Below the pieces are notes generated by a model. That model saw nothing but the letters and a program-made list of their open reading frames with translations, did no database searches and was not told the origin of the DNA. Position numbers and translations under genes: made by a program. Below are positions 1 through 11,002 of a DNA stretch of 64,000 bases, one piece after another. Source of the stretch: Cladosporium halotolerans (Eukaryota); contig NW_027191469.1 in assembly GCF_011745625.1 (NCBI RefSeq), forward strand, positions 434,001-498,000, given 5' to 3'. The stretch's first letter is position 1. Every line of letters starts with the position of its first letter.

Positions 1-1575
1 TTGCCAGAGGTCTGTGCATCACCGTTAAGACTCCTGGCATCGTCGTCCATGGGAGTGTTTGTGCCACTCTCATCGGCTGGCGCGTGTGGGTTCTGGTAGT
101 CCATGATACCGCGGCGTTTCCGGCGGCCGGGCTGGACTTTGACGCCATTCGCCTCCGCCATCTCTTCGTCTTCAGACTCGCTCAATTCATCCTCGCGCTC
201 GGTCTTCTTGTCCCAGGCACGTTGCGTGTAACGGCGGTCTTTGTTCGTCTCGTCGTCGGCATCTTCATCGTCAAGGCGAGCTTCCTCTTCGTCAAGGGTC
301 TCGTCCATGCCGACATCTCCGCGAGGTACTTCTTGCATCTGAACGGAAGGCACGGCTTGAGTTCTTCGAAGATTCTCCAGGACAGTCTGCTTGATCTTCT
401 CCAGATATTCAGGGCTGTTCGCGTTGTCCATATTGCTGGGCTTTACGTCGAGCTCGAAGTCCGGTGCGTAGTACTCATAGTAGTCGGTGAAGGGAAGATC
501 GGAACGCATATCCTGTCCAACGAGCTGGCCAGTCTCAAAGGCCCAGGTACGGGCGACGTTGCGCATGGTGTATCCACCGCCGCCGAGGACCAAAGTTGGC
601 AACCCAAAAGACTTGACGAAGTTGACACAGTTTGCATGACCACGCATGGACAAGTTGAAGCAACCCAACCTGTCGCCCGAAAGGGAGTCACCACCGCACT
701 GAAGCACGACTGCAGTCGGCTTGTAGTATTCCATGACGCCATTGATCACAGGTTCAAAGATGCTCTTGTAACTGGTGTCGTTGATGCCGTCACGGAGCGG
801 GAAGTTGACAGCGTGATGCTTTCCGTTGCTAACGCCGATGTCCCTAAGTTCGCCAGTGCCAGGGAAGTACTCTCCGTATTTGTGGAAGGAAACGGTCATG
901 ACGCGATCGGTGCTGTAGAAGGCTTCTTCCACACCATCACCATGGTGCACATCGATGTCAATGTAGAGCACACGCGGGTGAAAACGAAGAAGCTCGATGA
1001 TGCCTAGAACAATATCTGATAAATGTTAGCCAATGACCGACAGAAATCGCAATGAAGCTCAGCAACATACCGTTGATGTAACAGAAGCCGCTCGCTTCGC
1101 TCTTTTTAGCGTGATGCAGGCCGCCAGCCCAGTTGACAGCGATGTCGCATTTGCCGCGGTTCAACCTTGCAGCGCCCTCCATGCTTCCACCCGCGCTGAT
1201 GCCACAGAATTCAAATAAACCGTCGAACACCGGACAATCATCACCGACGTTGTATTTGCCTTGCTCCTTGCCGAAGTTATCCATGTTGTCAGGTGTGACG
1301 CGCTGCAAGAAGTCGACGTACTCGTCGGTGTGGAACTGTGTCATCTCGTACTTGGAGGCTGGTTTGGCGCGATAGATCTCGAGGTTCTTGTACAGCCCGT
1401 AGTTCATGATAAGCGAGTGGGCCATTCGTATGCGATGAGGCTTCATGGGGTGGCCGGCATTGTAAGCATAGTTGCCGACATCGCTGTCGTAGAAGTAGGC
1501 GACCTTCTTTGGCTGCGAAGATGCAGCGTTGATGCCAGCACCAGGTGCATCCAAGGGCGCAAGAGAGTTGGCCAT
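1..1575 (-). CDS. RPD3: Class I histone deacetylase Rpd3; 3' end runs off the window. Exons 1575-1071 and 1015-<1, intron 1016-1070
   Basis: Motifs [21 protein letters not shown] and [26 protein letters not shown]...GCTAAC...CAG intron restores YIN-D-IVLG, and the frame stays open to position 1. Confidence 0.96.
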
Positions 1576-2180
1576 GATTGTGAAATAATCTGAGGAATCA
1601 AAATCCGTGCTGGACTAGCTGTCGTCTTCAAGAGGACGTGAAGCTGTCACAGAGCTCGTTGTCGCGTCAATGCAGTTGAAAGTCGATGTTGTAAGATTGA
1701 CAGAGGCAGGAGGAGATTATTTGCTGTAGTCCCCTCACATGCCCGAAACGTAAGAGATCAATGCGTCCTCAGCGACTGAGAATGGTTCTGGGTATGCGAT
1801 CGTGGGTGTGGTTAAAGTGTGCGATGGAAGCGGTTTGAGACGGATTGATCGCGGCGCAGATGTCCAGAGCTGGGGCGCGGAGAGCGATGGTAGGGAAGCT
1901 CTGCCGAGCAAAGTGCGGAACAGGCCCGGCGGAGCTTTGACGCAGACCGGAGGTCGCGTTGTCTCTAAGCACATGGGCATCATCATCATCAAGCACGACT
2001 GCCATCGAGACCGCTGCATTTCACGTCAACTCTACCTTTCCTCGCCATCCAACCCACCTAATCTCGTTATACACCCTCGAAAAGATCCTTACGTCCTCCC
2101 GCACTGTCCTCGAACCCGGAAGTCCCGCAATTCACCCAGACACTGTGCTCGCCGCAGACGCTCGCTTCACATAATTTACT

Positions 2181-4308
2181 ATGGATCGGTTAACGAGAAT
2201 GCTGGCTGCCGCTCAAGGCATGGGTGGCGGCGGTGGAGGTCCTCAGCAGGTAAGCCTGAGTTACTGACTTTCCAGTGCGACCATGGTTCTTGCGCGCCTA
2301 TACGAGTGATCGACCATTTGACCTACTATTATCGCTCTTCACACTAGAGCAAGAAAAGGTGGTGGTGGTAATCGGACATAAACTCAAAGGAGAAGCCAGG
2401 ATGTGCATTGCGACTGGCGAGAAAGAGATGGGCGTCAGGCGATGCGTGATTGCCTGGACGTTGCTGCGCTCCTGCTCGAGCATCTCGGACGCAGTGGCAA
2501 CGAACCTCGAGCGCTCCGCTTTGGACACTCTTCCAACCCACATAAGCGCATCGGGAGTATTTCAAAACATTAGTTCAGTCGTCGTGATGGAAAGGCGCCG
2601 GGAAGATCATCCAAATGAAGAAGATCGGCACGAAGAGCGGGCACCGACGACGTCCAGCCCGCCCAGTGAAGATGAGAGGAATCGGTCAGCGTCCGCTGAA
2701 TCACCGTTGCCGCGCAGCTCTGAGTCGTCCAACTCTGGCTCCAATTCGGTTTCCGACAGAACCTACGAGTATCCTTCAGAAGGCAACTCACCTCCTGCAC
2801 GGCCTACAACTCCCACGTCACCCGCCAATCAGGTTTATCCACTGAACTATACGCGCCCTACAACGTCATCTCGGCGTCGACGTCGACGCCGACGCCGGCG
2901 TCGTCAGTCGGTCGAAAATATCGGTCCTCCACGGAATCTCGATCAAAATGAGCCAGAAGCACTTGCTCCCCGTGGCCCTGTGACCGGCACATGGCGACTG
3001 TCTCGATCTCGCAGGAACCGAACCGACACGTTTGATCGAGCTCAGCGAGTCATGAACCAGGTGATATCGGAGGCACCAAATGAAGATTTGAGGCGGCAAT
3101 ATGAACACATGAATCAGATGGGCTACGTGGCCGACCATTCGACCTACTTTTACATGTTTGGGCCAAACACTACGCCTGAGAGTGAATACCAACCGTAGAG
3201 CGGTCGGGACGTGCTCCGACTATACAACGATGCAAGAACCATGGCGCATGCTAACCACGACTTGGAGGACGTTTTCGCTTACGAAATGCTATTTACAGGA
3301 TTCGAACATTGTCGACAACGCCGAAACCGTGTACATCTCTTCTCTCGCACTACTGAAGATGCTTAGACATGGAAGAGCAGGTGTACCTATGGAAGTTATG
3401 GGACTGATGCTCGGAGAGTTTGTGGACGACTACACCGTCCGCGTTGTGGACGTCTTTGCCATGCCTCAGTCAGGTACCGGTGTCTCGGTTGAGGCAGTGG
3501 ATCCAGTGTTCCAGACCAAGATGATGGATATGCTTCGCCAGACTGGACGGTAAGTGTATCTGTTGCAAGGGATTGTTGACCATCTCTGACAATTCGCAGC
3601 CCTGAAACCGTTGTTGGCTGGTATCACTCACATCCCGGTTTCGGCTGCTGGCTTTCCAGCGTCGATATCAACACTCAGCAATCTTTCGAGCAACTGACAC
3701 CACGCGCCGTTGCTGTTGTCATCGATCCTATTCAATCCGTGAAAGGCAAGGTCGTCATCGATGCCTTCCGCCTTATCAACCCTCAGACTCTCATGCTTGG
3801 TCAAGAGCCGCGGCAAACTACGTCTAACGTTGGGCACCTCAACAAACCCTCGATTCAAGCCCTCATCCACGGCCTCAACAGGCATTACTACTCGATCGGC
3901 ATCGGCTACCGCAAGACCGCACTGGAAGAGAACATGCTCATGAACCTTCACAAGACTGTCTGGACCGAGGCTCTGACCATGCCTGATTTCGCACAGGAAG
4001 GCGAGCACAACCACGCGAACCTGTCCAAGCTCGTTTCTCTGGCAGAGGGCTACCTCAAGCGCGTGCAAGAAGAGACCGAGCTCTCGAAAGAGCAGCTGCG
4101 CACACGCTACGTTGGCAAGGTCGATCCGAAGAAGCACATCGAGGCGGTCGGCCAAGAGCTCATCGAGGACAACATTGTCGCTGTCAGCAGGCAGATGATC
4201 GACAAGGAGGCTTCTGTGCCCACGCTTGGTCAAGGCAACGCCTCGGCCAACGGCGCAAATGGCCATGCACGTGGCGAAGGCATGGAGGTCGACGGCGAGG
4301 ATGACTAG
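2181..4308 (+). CDS. RPN11: 26S proteasome lid deubiquitinase Rpn11. Exons 2181-2249, 3299-3549, 3600-4308
   Basis: Exon 1 [23 protein letters not shown] ends at GTAAGC and joins in phase 0 to [36 protein letters not shown]. After intron 3550-3599 comes the JAMM motif [16 protein letters not shown]. Confidence 0.95.
2587..3198 (+). CDS. Putative nested ORF inside RPN11 intron 1 (~203 aa from ATG 2587; frame open from 2275), disordered with an Arg run
   Basis: Uninterrupted frame of over 900 nt with protein-like S/P/E/R composition; no recognisable domain. Confidence 0.4.
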   Translation: MERRREDHPNEEDRHEERAPTTSSPPSEDERNRSASAESPLPRSSESSNSGSNSVSDRTYEYPSEGNSPPARPTTPTSPANQVYPLNYTRPTTSSRRRRRRRRRRRQSVENIGPPRNLDQNEPEALAPRGPVTGTWRLSRSRRNRTDTFDRAQRVMNQVISEAPNEDLRRQYEHMNQMGYVADHSTYFYMFGPNTTPESEYQP

Positions 4309-5191
4309 GAGATTGTTCCTCGCTGGACCAGCACTTTGCCTTTCATCCACTAATGACGCTTTGGGCGCAGTTGATCGCGCTCTTGCACGCGAAATGGAAG
4401 ATATGCCCTGCATGCATAGAAAGCTAAGGCGCATGGCGCTTACAGAGGGAACCGGGAAGCCTGCCGTGGCTCTTAATGCTTCTGCACTGTGGAAATCAGG
4501 CACCTTGGCTGTTTAGATATGACAATAACAATTGCAATTGCCTCCTAATAAAACGTTCGCTTCATCCCATACCCAGATCAGCTAACCCCTCCGTGCTGCC
4601 ACACCAGCCCAGTGAAAATGGCAGATGTCCACGAACGGCGCTCCCTCTGAAACCCCCATCACCGATTCCCCGTCCACCCTGTTCACCTTCAAAACGCATC
4701 ATCAACCCATCATGCACCACGACGCTAGATTGAAGGATTCGAAGCTTGATCCGCTTAGAATGTATGCTTAGGATAACTAAACTGTTATGCTTGACACAAC
4801 CGCTAGCGGCCGCGCGCCAGCGGCCAATGGCGTCGCTGCCCGGCGCGGCTCAGACACTTCAGGGTCGGGCCAGCGTTTGAGCCTAAGTGCGGGCTTTATC
4901 ACTTTAAATGTTGCGCGTTACTACTGGGGTGATGATCTTCGCGATGGAGGGCTGGTTGCGAAGTGGGAGGGAAATAGTCGCGCGACATGTTGTGAGACGT
5001 GAATTATTCTGGGACGCGGTATTTTGCTGAACGCAATCTCTGAGAGGTTTTCTTGAAGAGAGGTTTGAGAAGATCTGAATGAGGAAAACTAATCATTCAA
5101 TTTTGTACGCGAGTATGCGAGGATGTCCTGTATACCATCGAAAGAAGAGGGGAGCAGATCGATATTACTTTCCAACATTCGTTCAACCACT

Positions 5192-6442
5192 TCAGTTGCG
5201 AGTCAACATTCCCGTGCCGAAAACCTCCATCTTGATCCTCTCCGCCCCAACACCCAAGTCGATCAGCTGCTTCTCCATCGCTGACATGAAACCTTCTGGG
5301 CCGCAAATGAAGTACTGAGTCTTCTTGTCGTCGAGGCACAGCTCTTTGCTGTTGTCTAGAGACTTGAGGCTCACACGACCGGTGTGCTGGTAATGCAAGC
5401 CTTGGACGTCCTTCTGCTTGTCAGGATTCCCGATAAAGAACGAAGCAGTGACATTGTCGTTTTGCTTGGCCGCATCCCTCACTTCATTGCCAAACGCTTG
5501 AACTGAAGTATTCCTCGCGCCGTGGATAAACTTGATGGGGCGTTTTGAGTCGCTGTCGACAAGAGTGTTCATGATAGAGACCATCGGGGTCAGACCGACG
5601 CCGGCGGACAGGAGAACGACTGGGGAGTCATGGTCGACATCAGCATCGAAGAAGAAGTCTCCAGCGGGGTGCGAGACGGAAATAACATCGCCTTCCTTCC
5701 TCTCGTCATGCAGGACATTAGAGATGTAGCCAGGATGCGTCACCGCCTCAGGCTTGTCCGCGGGCACACCGGCCTCCCGCTTGACGCTGATCCTGTAGTG
5801 ATCCGGACTGGGCTTGTCGCTGAGGGAATATTGACGCGGCTGCATCAAGTTGAGCTTCGGCACAGAAGTCATGACTGAGATATACTGGCCAGGCTTGTAT
5901 GAAGGAAGCTTCTTGCCGTCGACCGGCTCGAGGTAGAAAGATGTGATCTCGTCCGACTCTTTGACTTTACGGGCGATGCGGAACTCCCGCCAATCGTTCC
6001 AGCCACCAGTCTGAGCCGTGATTTCGCCTTCCTTCGCGATCATGATGTTTGCCAGCTGCCAGTATGCCGCCTCCCATGCGCTCAAGATCTCCGGCGTCAG
6101 AGCAGAACCCAGCACGTCTCCCATGGCGCGCAGCAGGTAGTCACCGACGATCTTGTAGTGCTCTGGCTGGACGTACAGGCTGGCGTGTTTCTGACATATC
6201 TTCTCCAAAGCCGGGGCCAGGTTGCCAAGGTCGTCGATGTTGGCTGCGTAGGCGTAGAGCGAGCCGGCGAGCGCGCGGGGTTGGAAGCCGTTGGCCTGGT
6301 TGGCTACGTTGAAGACATTGTTGAGTTCAGGGATCTCTGTCAATAGATTCTTGTAGAAGAGTGTTGTAATGTCGTTGCCGTGTGCCTGGAGGACCGGCAC
6401 GGTAGAGCGGACGATTTGGACTTGTTCGGATGTTAGAGGCAT
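5192..6442 (-). CDS. YHB1: Flavohemoglobin (nitric oxide dioxygenase)
   Basis: Globin N-terminus (MPLTSEQVQIVRSTVPVL...ICQKHASL), FAD-binding PRQYSLSD, NAD-binding SAGVGLTP and ICGPEGFM; intronless. Confidence 0.95.
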   Translation of the reverse strand: MPLTSEQVQIVRSTVPVLQAHGNDITTLFYKNLLTEIPELNNVFNVANQANGFQPRALAGSLYAYAANIDDLGNLAPALEKICQKHASLYVQPEHYKIVGDYLLRAMGDVLGSALTPEILSAWEAAYWQLANIMIAKEGEITAQTGGWNDWREFRIARKVKESDEITSFYLEPVDGKKLPSYKPGQYISVMTSVPKLNLMQPRQYSLSDKPSPDHYRISVKREAGVPADKPEAVTHPGYISNVLHDERKEGDVISVSHPAGDFFFDADVDHDSPVVLLSAGVGLTPMVSIMNTLVDSDSKRPIKFIHGARNTSVQAFGNEVRDAAKQNDNVTASFFIGNPDKQKDVQGLHYQHTGRVSLKSLDNSKELCLDDKKTQYFICGPEGFMSAMEKQLIDLGVGAERIKMEVFGTGMLTRN

Positions 6443-6562
6443 GCTTGTCTGTATGTGTATGGTTCTATGCTTCTGAATATTTCGCTGGGGATCACATACT
6501 TCCACTTGCGCGTCCATTGCGTTCTTATATGGGTGGGTCAGGGTTGAGTACAAGGTTGTGTA

Positions 6563-6570
6563 CCGCGGAG
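6563..6570 (-). promoter_or_regulatory. NirA-type binding site CTCCGCGG upstream of the flavohemoglobin gene
   Basis: Exact match to the CTCCGHGG consensus ~120 nt upstream of the ATG and just upstream of a TATAAG element at ~6524-6529. Confidence 0.5.
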
Positions 6571-7215
6571 ATGCCTGCACATGGATTAAGGCGGAGGTAA
6601 GACGGGACCCAGAAGAGGCCAGGGTATTCTAAGAAACGACATTCCTGTGACCAACGCTCGCTGGATTTGAGCGCATTCTGTCTTAGTTTGCTGACAAGTG
6701 GCTACTGCGAACATGCAAATGTCCGAAGACTTGATACAGAATTCTGTGTTGTAGCTGAATTGTGCATGCCATGCGCTGGAGATGGCGTTGCAGATCTGAC
6801 GACGTCAGAGTCTGGCATGGACTCCGACGCGCCCAATTGGCGCAAATTCATTAGTCGGGGTACCTAGGCGGCACGTCAAAATACGCAATTATTCAATAAG
6901 GTAACGCACGTGGTGCATGGGAACTCAATGAGCTATTTTCAGGGACCGCTATTGCCACGATGAAAACCGTGGTCATCGTTTAGGGCTTACCGGGAAAGCC
7001 ACTTCCGCATAAAATATTGAAACTTCGGACATTTCAGGATCGGAGGTGCCCGACTTTGATCCATATCTAGAGTCGACGAACATGCGTCCAACGTTGCAAT
7101 CACCGATGCATCATGAAAGAGGAACTGAGAGTATTATGCAGTGCACCGCAGTCTGCAAACACGCTGTAAATTACTATCGTACAATCGTTACGGCCGAGAT
7201 GTCGTCTCACGCCGC

Positions 7216-8766
7216 TTACGCAGGCTTCCACTCAAAACTGTACTTGCCAGTCACGGCTGCACCTGATGGGTCATCTCCCTTCTTGTCGTACATGTGGTTG
7301 CCAAAGTAATCGAGCTGCGCCTCGTAGAAGCTTGTGGGCAGATCGACGCTCGTCAGAATCTTCAGCCATTCAAGGGTAGCGCTGAGCGCAGGGATGTTGT
7401 GGTCGCCCTCCATGGCCTTCAAGCAAACCTTCTTCAGGTCCGAGAAACCCCTCTTGAATTCGTCTGCGACGGCGGTCTCGTAGAGCGGATTGATCGAGTC
7501 CTTCGATTTGTAGTCCTTGTAGATCGGGTGCAGGAGTTTCTCGCTGATGTAGTCGGCCTGGATGATACAGCCGCCAGACCAGATCTGCAAAACGTCGTTG
7601 TAGTTGATGTTGAAGTGCTTCTCTTTGTCGGCGCGGTCGATGATGATCATGCCTTGCACGTAAGACGCCAGGCAGCCGAGATAGGTGGCCAGGCGGAGGC
7701 TCTCGAGAAATTCCTTCTTCTGAACGCCTTCAAGCGTCTGCGGTGGTGCGTTGCCACCGAAAGTCTTGTTGATACGGCGGCGCTGAGCCAGGTCCGAGGA
7801 CGCCAGACGCAGGTAGTGCGCAACAGTCATTGTGGGAGCAGGAATGTGCTCCGCAACAGCTTCTGTGTTTGACCAAACGCCAGTTCCCTCCTCGCCGGTG
7901 ACGTCCTGCACGACCTTGTCTTCGACAGTGTCCAATACTCTTTCACCCGTCTTGGGATCTTTAGTGCGGCAAATCTTCGCACTGATATCTACCAGGAATG
8001 TGTTCCTCAGCTCTCCGTTCTCGTTCCAGCGCTGGAATTCGTCACTGATCTCGTCGTTGCTCATTCCGAGACCTTTGATCATGATTCCCCATGCTTCCGA
8101 GATCGCACTCATCATGCCGTGCTCGATTCCGTTGTGAATCATCTTCACGTAGTGTCCGGCACCGCCAGTACCGGCCCTGCCGACACAGGGTTTGCCATTC
8201 GATCCTTTCGCGGCAACCTTTTCAAGGAGCGGGAGGACCATGTCCAATGTTTCATCGTCTGCAGCAGGGCACATTGAAGGGCCACGTCGCCTGTGATTAT
8301 GTTAGCTCTTCGCTCGCTAGACAAAATTGGGAGTATCGTACGCAGCCTGGTACCCTCCACTAACGCCCATGCCTACGTATCGGATGCCTTTCGTGACGCA
8401 AACACCCATACGCCTTTCGGAGTTTTCCCAGTGCTCATTCGCGGCATCGATGATGATGTCGCCCTTGCTCAGGTACGGCATAAGGCCCTCCAGAACCTTG
8501 TCGCCGACAAATCCATGAGGCAAGCTCCAGACGAAGACTCTGGGGTTGTCCAACCAAGCGCACAAGCTCTTGTAGTCGTCGAAGCGTTTCAGTTCGTTTG
8601 GAACGCCGTCTTTTTGAGCGCGCTGGATCAATTGATCCATTGCATCGGTCGAGGGATCCTGGAGGCCGACCGACATTCCTTGCTCGGCGAAGAGCTGGGC
8701 CATGCCGCCGCCCATGGAGCCGCAGCCGATCATGGCGATCTTTTTAACGTCCAGTGCGGGAGCCAT
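7216..8766 (-). CDS. 6-phosphogluconate dehydrogenase (decarboxylating), divergent paralogue. Intron 8291-8341
   Basis: IGCGSMG Rossmann motif, GMGVSGG...ARRGPSM across the splice, GAGHYVKMIHNGIEHGMM and AQLDYFGNH. Confidence 0.92.
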
Positions 8767-9055
8767 GTTGGTGGTCAAATCCAGACTGTCTGTGAAACAA
8801 ATGTGTTGGCTAGATGGTGGGTCGTTCAGAGGAAAGTCGGCAACAAAAGCCTCGCGTAGAAGAGCCAAATCCTAGACTGACCGGATGACGGTTGACCTCA
8901 CAGCACGATCATGCCGCGTTCATGCCGCGGGCGCATCATTCTTTGGTGTGGGGTCAGTGTGACGTTCTTTGGTCCCTTGAAGCTTCGGTCCGAAAGCTTG
9001 AACTGCGACCGTGAACCGAGCGAAAGCACATCGAGATGGGTTCGGTGGGCAGCTC

Positions 9056-10495
9056 TTATTCTTCGAAGCGGTCAAATCGTTCACCTAGTCTGCTCCAGTC
9101 GGCTTCGTCGTCGACTTCTTCGACAGGCATCGGGTCGACAGCTGACAAAGGCGTCTCGTCGTTCATTTCGTTCGCCGAATCAACTCGCTCATTCCCAAAG
9201 TCCTCAGCAAACGCCACACTCTTTCTTCGTGATGGCTTTTCGGGGTCCTCTCCGTGGCTTGACCTGGTCAATGTTGGTGAAAGCACGTCTCCGTTCCACG
9301 GCCTGCAAGCTTTCACTGCCGTCTCTCCACAGCGCAAGCACGTGAAACCCTCGCCTTCCTCTGCTTCGATGCGCTGCGCCAGGCAGACAAAACAGTAGAT
9401 ACAGCCGCACGGTATCGCTTCGTATGGGTTCGTAATGTCCGTCGCTGCGCTGCCGATAATGCCGCTGTTCGCTCCCGCACTGATGACTTCCTGCTCACTT
9501 TGTCCTCCAGCCGGATTCTGATCCTGATAGCAGATCGCGCAGGTCCTCTCTGGCAAGAAGGCGAGCTCTCCCTTGTGCAAGTCGTCCTCGTCTTCCCCTT
9601 TTGAGTTGCCATACACGAGGTTAGAAGTAGTTTGTCCGAACTTCTTCCACGCTTTCGCAAGCCACCTCTTCCATCTGCTTATTCCAACCAGAGGCAGCAA
9701 GAAGAGCAGGAACTCAGTGAAGGCATGCCAGACAAGCTGTCGGTTCAGGTACTCAAAGCTGACCTCTCTGTTGGTCTGGTTGGTCGAAGGTACGAGACGC
9801 AGTCGAAGAATGCGGTCCGTCAATGTCCGGTATCTGCCGTTGTAAAGGAATATGAGGAAGGAGAAGAAGGCCGCGATATTGTGGGTGTTGGTAGCCAGTG
9901 TTGTAAGGTGGCTCAAGCGTTGTATCATTCGTGATGGCTCATCGTATCCGTTTTCCAAGCCCGATAAGAAGCCTTCCCACCGCGACCACCCATATCTGCC
10001 CCCGACTGTGATGAGTCCATACGCCGCCCGCTGCCACTTGGTCGCTTCCTTTATCGCGTTATCTTCCGACCGCGCATCAATATATCTCAGTCCTTGCAAG
10101 GAAGCACCATAGCTGGCTCCGTGATCCCAGATTGAGAGCTTCCACAGCGCAGCTCTGAGCGCAGCACCAATTTCCGCAGCCCAGTCGTCTTTCAAATGCG
10201 CTCCCAGAAGCTTGAGTCCTTCGCCGGCCTGGTTCTTCAACAAATCAACAAGCTCCTCGTCCAGAAGTTCTGCGTCGACTTGCCCAACACGAAAAGCAGG
10301 TCGGGTTCCGAAAGGTGATTTGATCAAGTCCCATACACCAGTCGCGCTGAACGCGGCTGTCCTTAAAGAAGGTGGGAGGCGGTGCAAACGCTGGTTGCGT
10401 TCATGTTCCTGTTGCAGGGCGAGAGAGCGCTGGTGAGCAGCGGACGCAGCGCGTCGAGCGAGTATTCGCTGCTGCGCGGCGGCAAAATCGGTCAT
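9056..10495 (-). CDS. PEX2: Peroxisomal RING peroxin Pex2
   Basis: FRVGQVDAELLDEEL, REVSFEYLNRQLVWHAFTEFLLFLLP and a C-terminal RING (CAIC...CGCIYCFVC...CLRC). Start at MTDFAAAQQR is inferred. Confidence 0.93.
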   Translation of the reverse strand: MTDFAAAQQRILARRAASAAHQRSLALQQEHERNQRLHRLPPSLRTAAFSATGVWDLIKSPFGTRPAFRVGQVDAELLDEELVDLLKNQAGEGLKLLGAHLKDDWAAEIGAALRAALWKLSIWDHGASYGASLQGLRYIDARSEDNAIKEATKWQRAAYGLITVGGRYGWSRWEGFLSGLENGYDEPSRMIQRLSHLTTLATNTHNIAAFFSFLIFLYNGRYRTLTDRILRLRLVPSTNQTNREVSFEYLNRQLVWHAFTEFLLFLLPLVGISRWKRWLAKAWKKFGQTTSNLVYGNSKGEDEDDLHKGELAFLPERTCAICYQDQNPAGGQSEQEVISAGANSGIIGSAATDITNPYEAIPCGCIYCFVCLAQRIEAEEGEGFTCLRCGETAVKACRPWNGDVLSPTLTRSSHGEDPEKPSRRKSVAFAEDFGNERVDSANEMNDETPLSAVDPMPVEEVDDEADWSRLGERFDRFEE

Positions 10496-11002
10496 GACCG
10501 TCGCATCCCAGAACTCCGAGTAGGTCTCTGTTAAAGAGAGGGGGAGCGCGAAGGAGTACGTGGAAAGGGACGCGACCGACTGAATGTGAGCGTTTGGGCT
10601 GCCTCGGCCCAGCGCGCAGTCCATCCGAGGCCGCCAAGCGGACTCGGAATCGCCTTCCAAGCCGGGGTTGCGTTCACCAGCCACCAGCGAAGGCCGACCA
10701 GAACGGACCCGTCAATCCATCGGCATCAGACCGCTGGTGGCACAGACCGCCGACGTATGGCCACTTCGCCCATAAACCATTGACCACCATATCGAGGCAT
10801 TGCTGCAGCCTGAGTCATTCTTCAGCTGCTTGGTCGACTCGGTACGCCACACCGGTGTCTCGATCTGTGCCATCTGCATTGCAGGAATTAGGCAGACGCG
10901 ACGGTCATCGTCATCACAACAAAACCATCGCCAGCAAGTAAAATGCTGCAATGCTTCTATTGAAACCCGACTCATTGACTTGGAATATCTGTCGCCATCA
11001 AC

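Noticed and set aside
84..1007. 307-aa plus-strand ORF
   Set aside because: Antisense shadow of RPD3 exon 2 caused by codon bias.
1576..2180. Rpn4/PACE element upstream of RPN11
   Set aside because: No exact GGTGGCAAA match seen on either strand.
4929..5045. Possible C/D snoRNA (GTGATGA...CTGA) next to a GC hairpin at 4809-4849
   Set aside because: No convincing rRNA or snRNA complementarity before the D box and no terminal stem.
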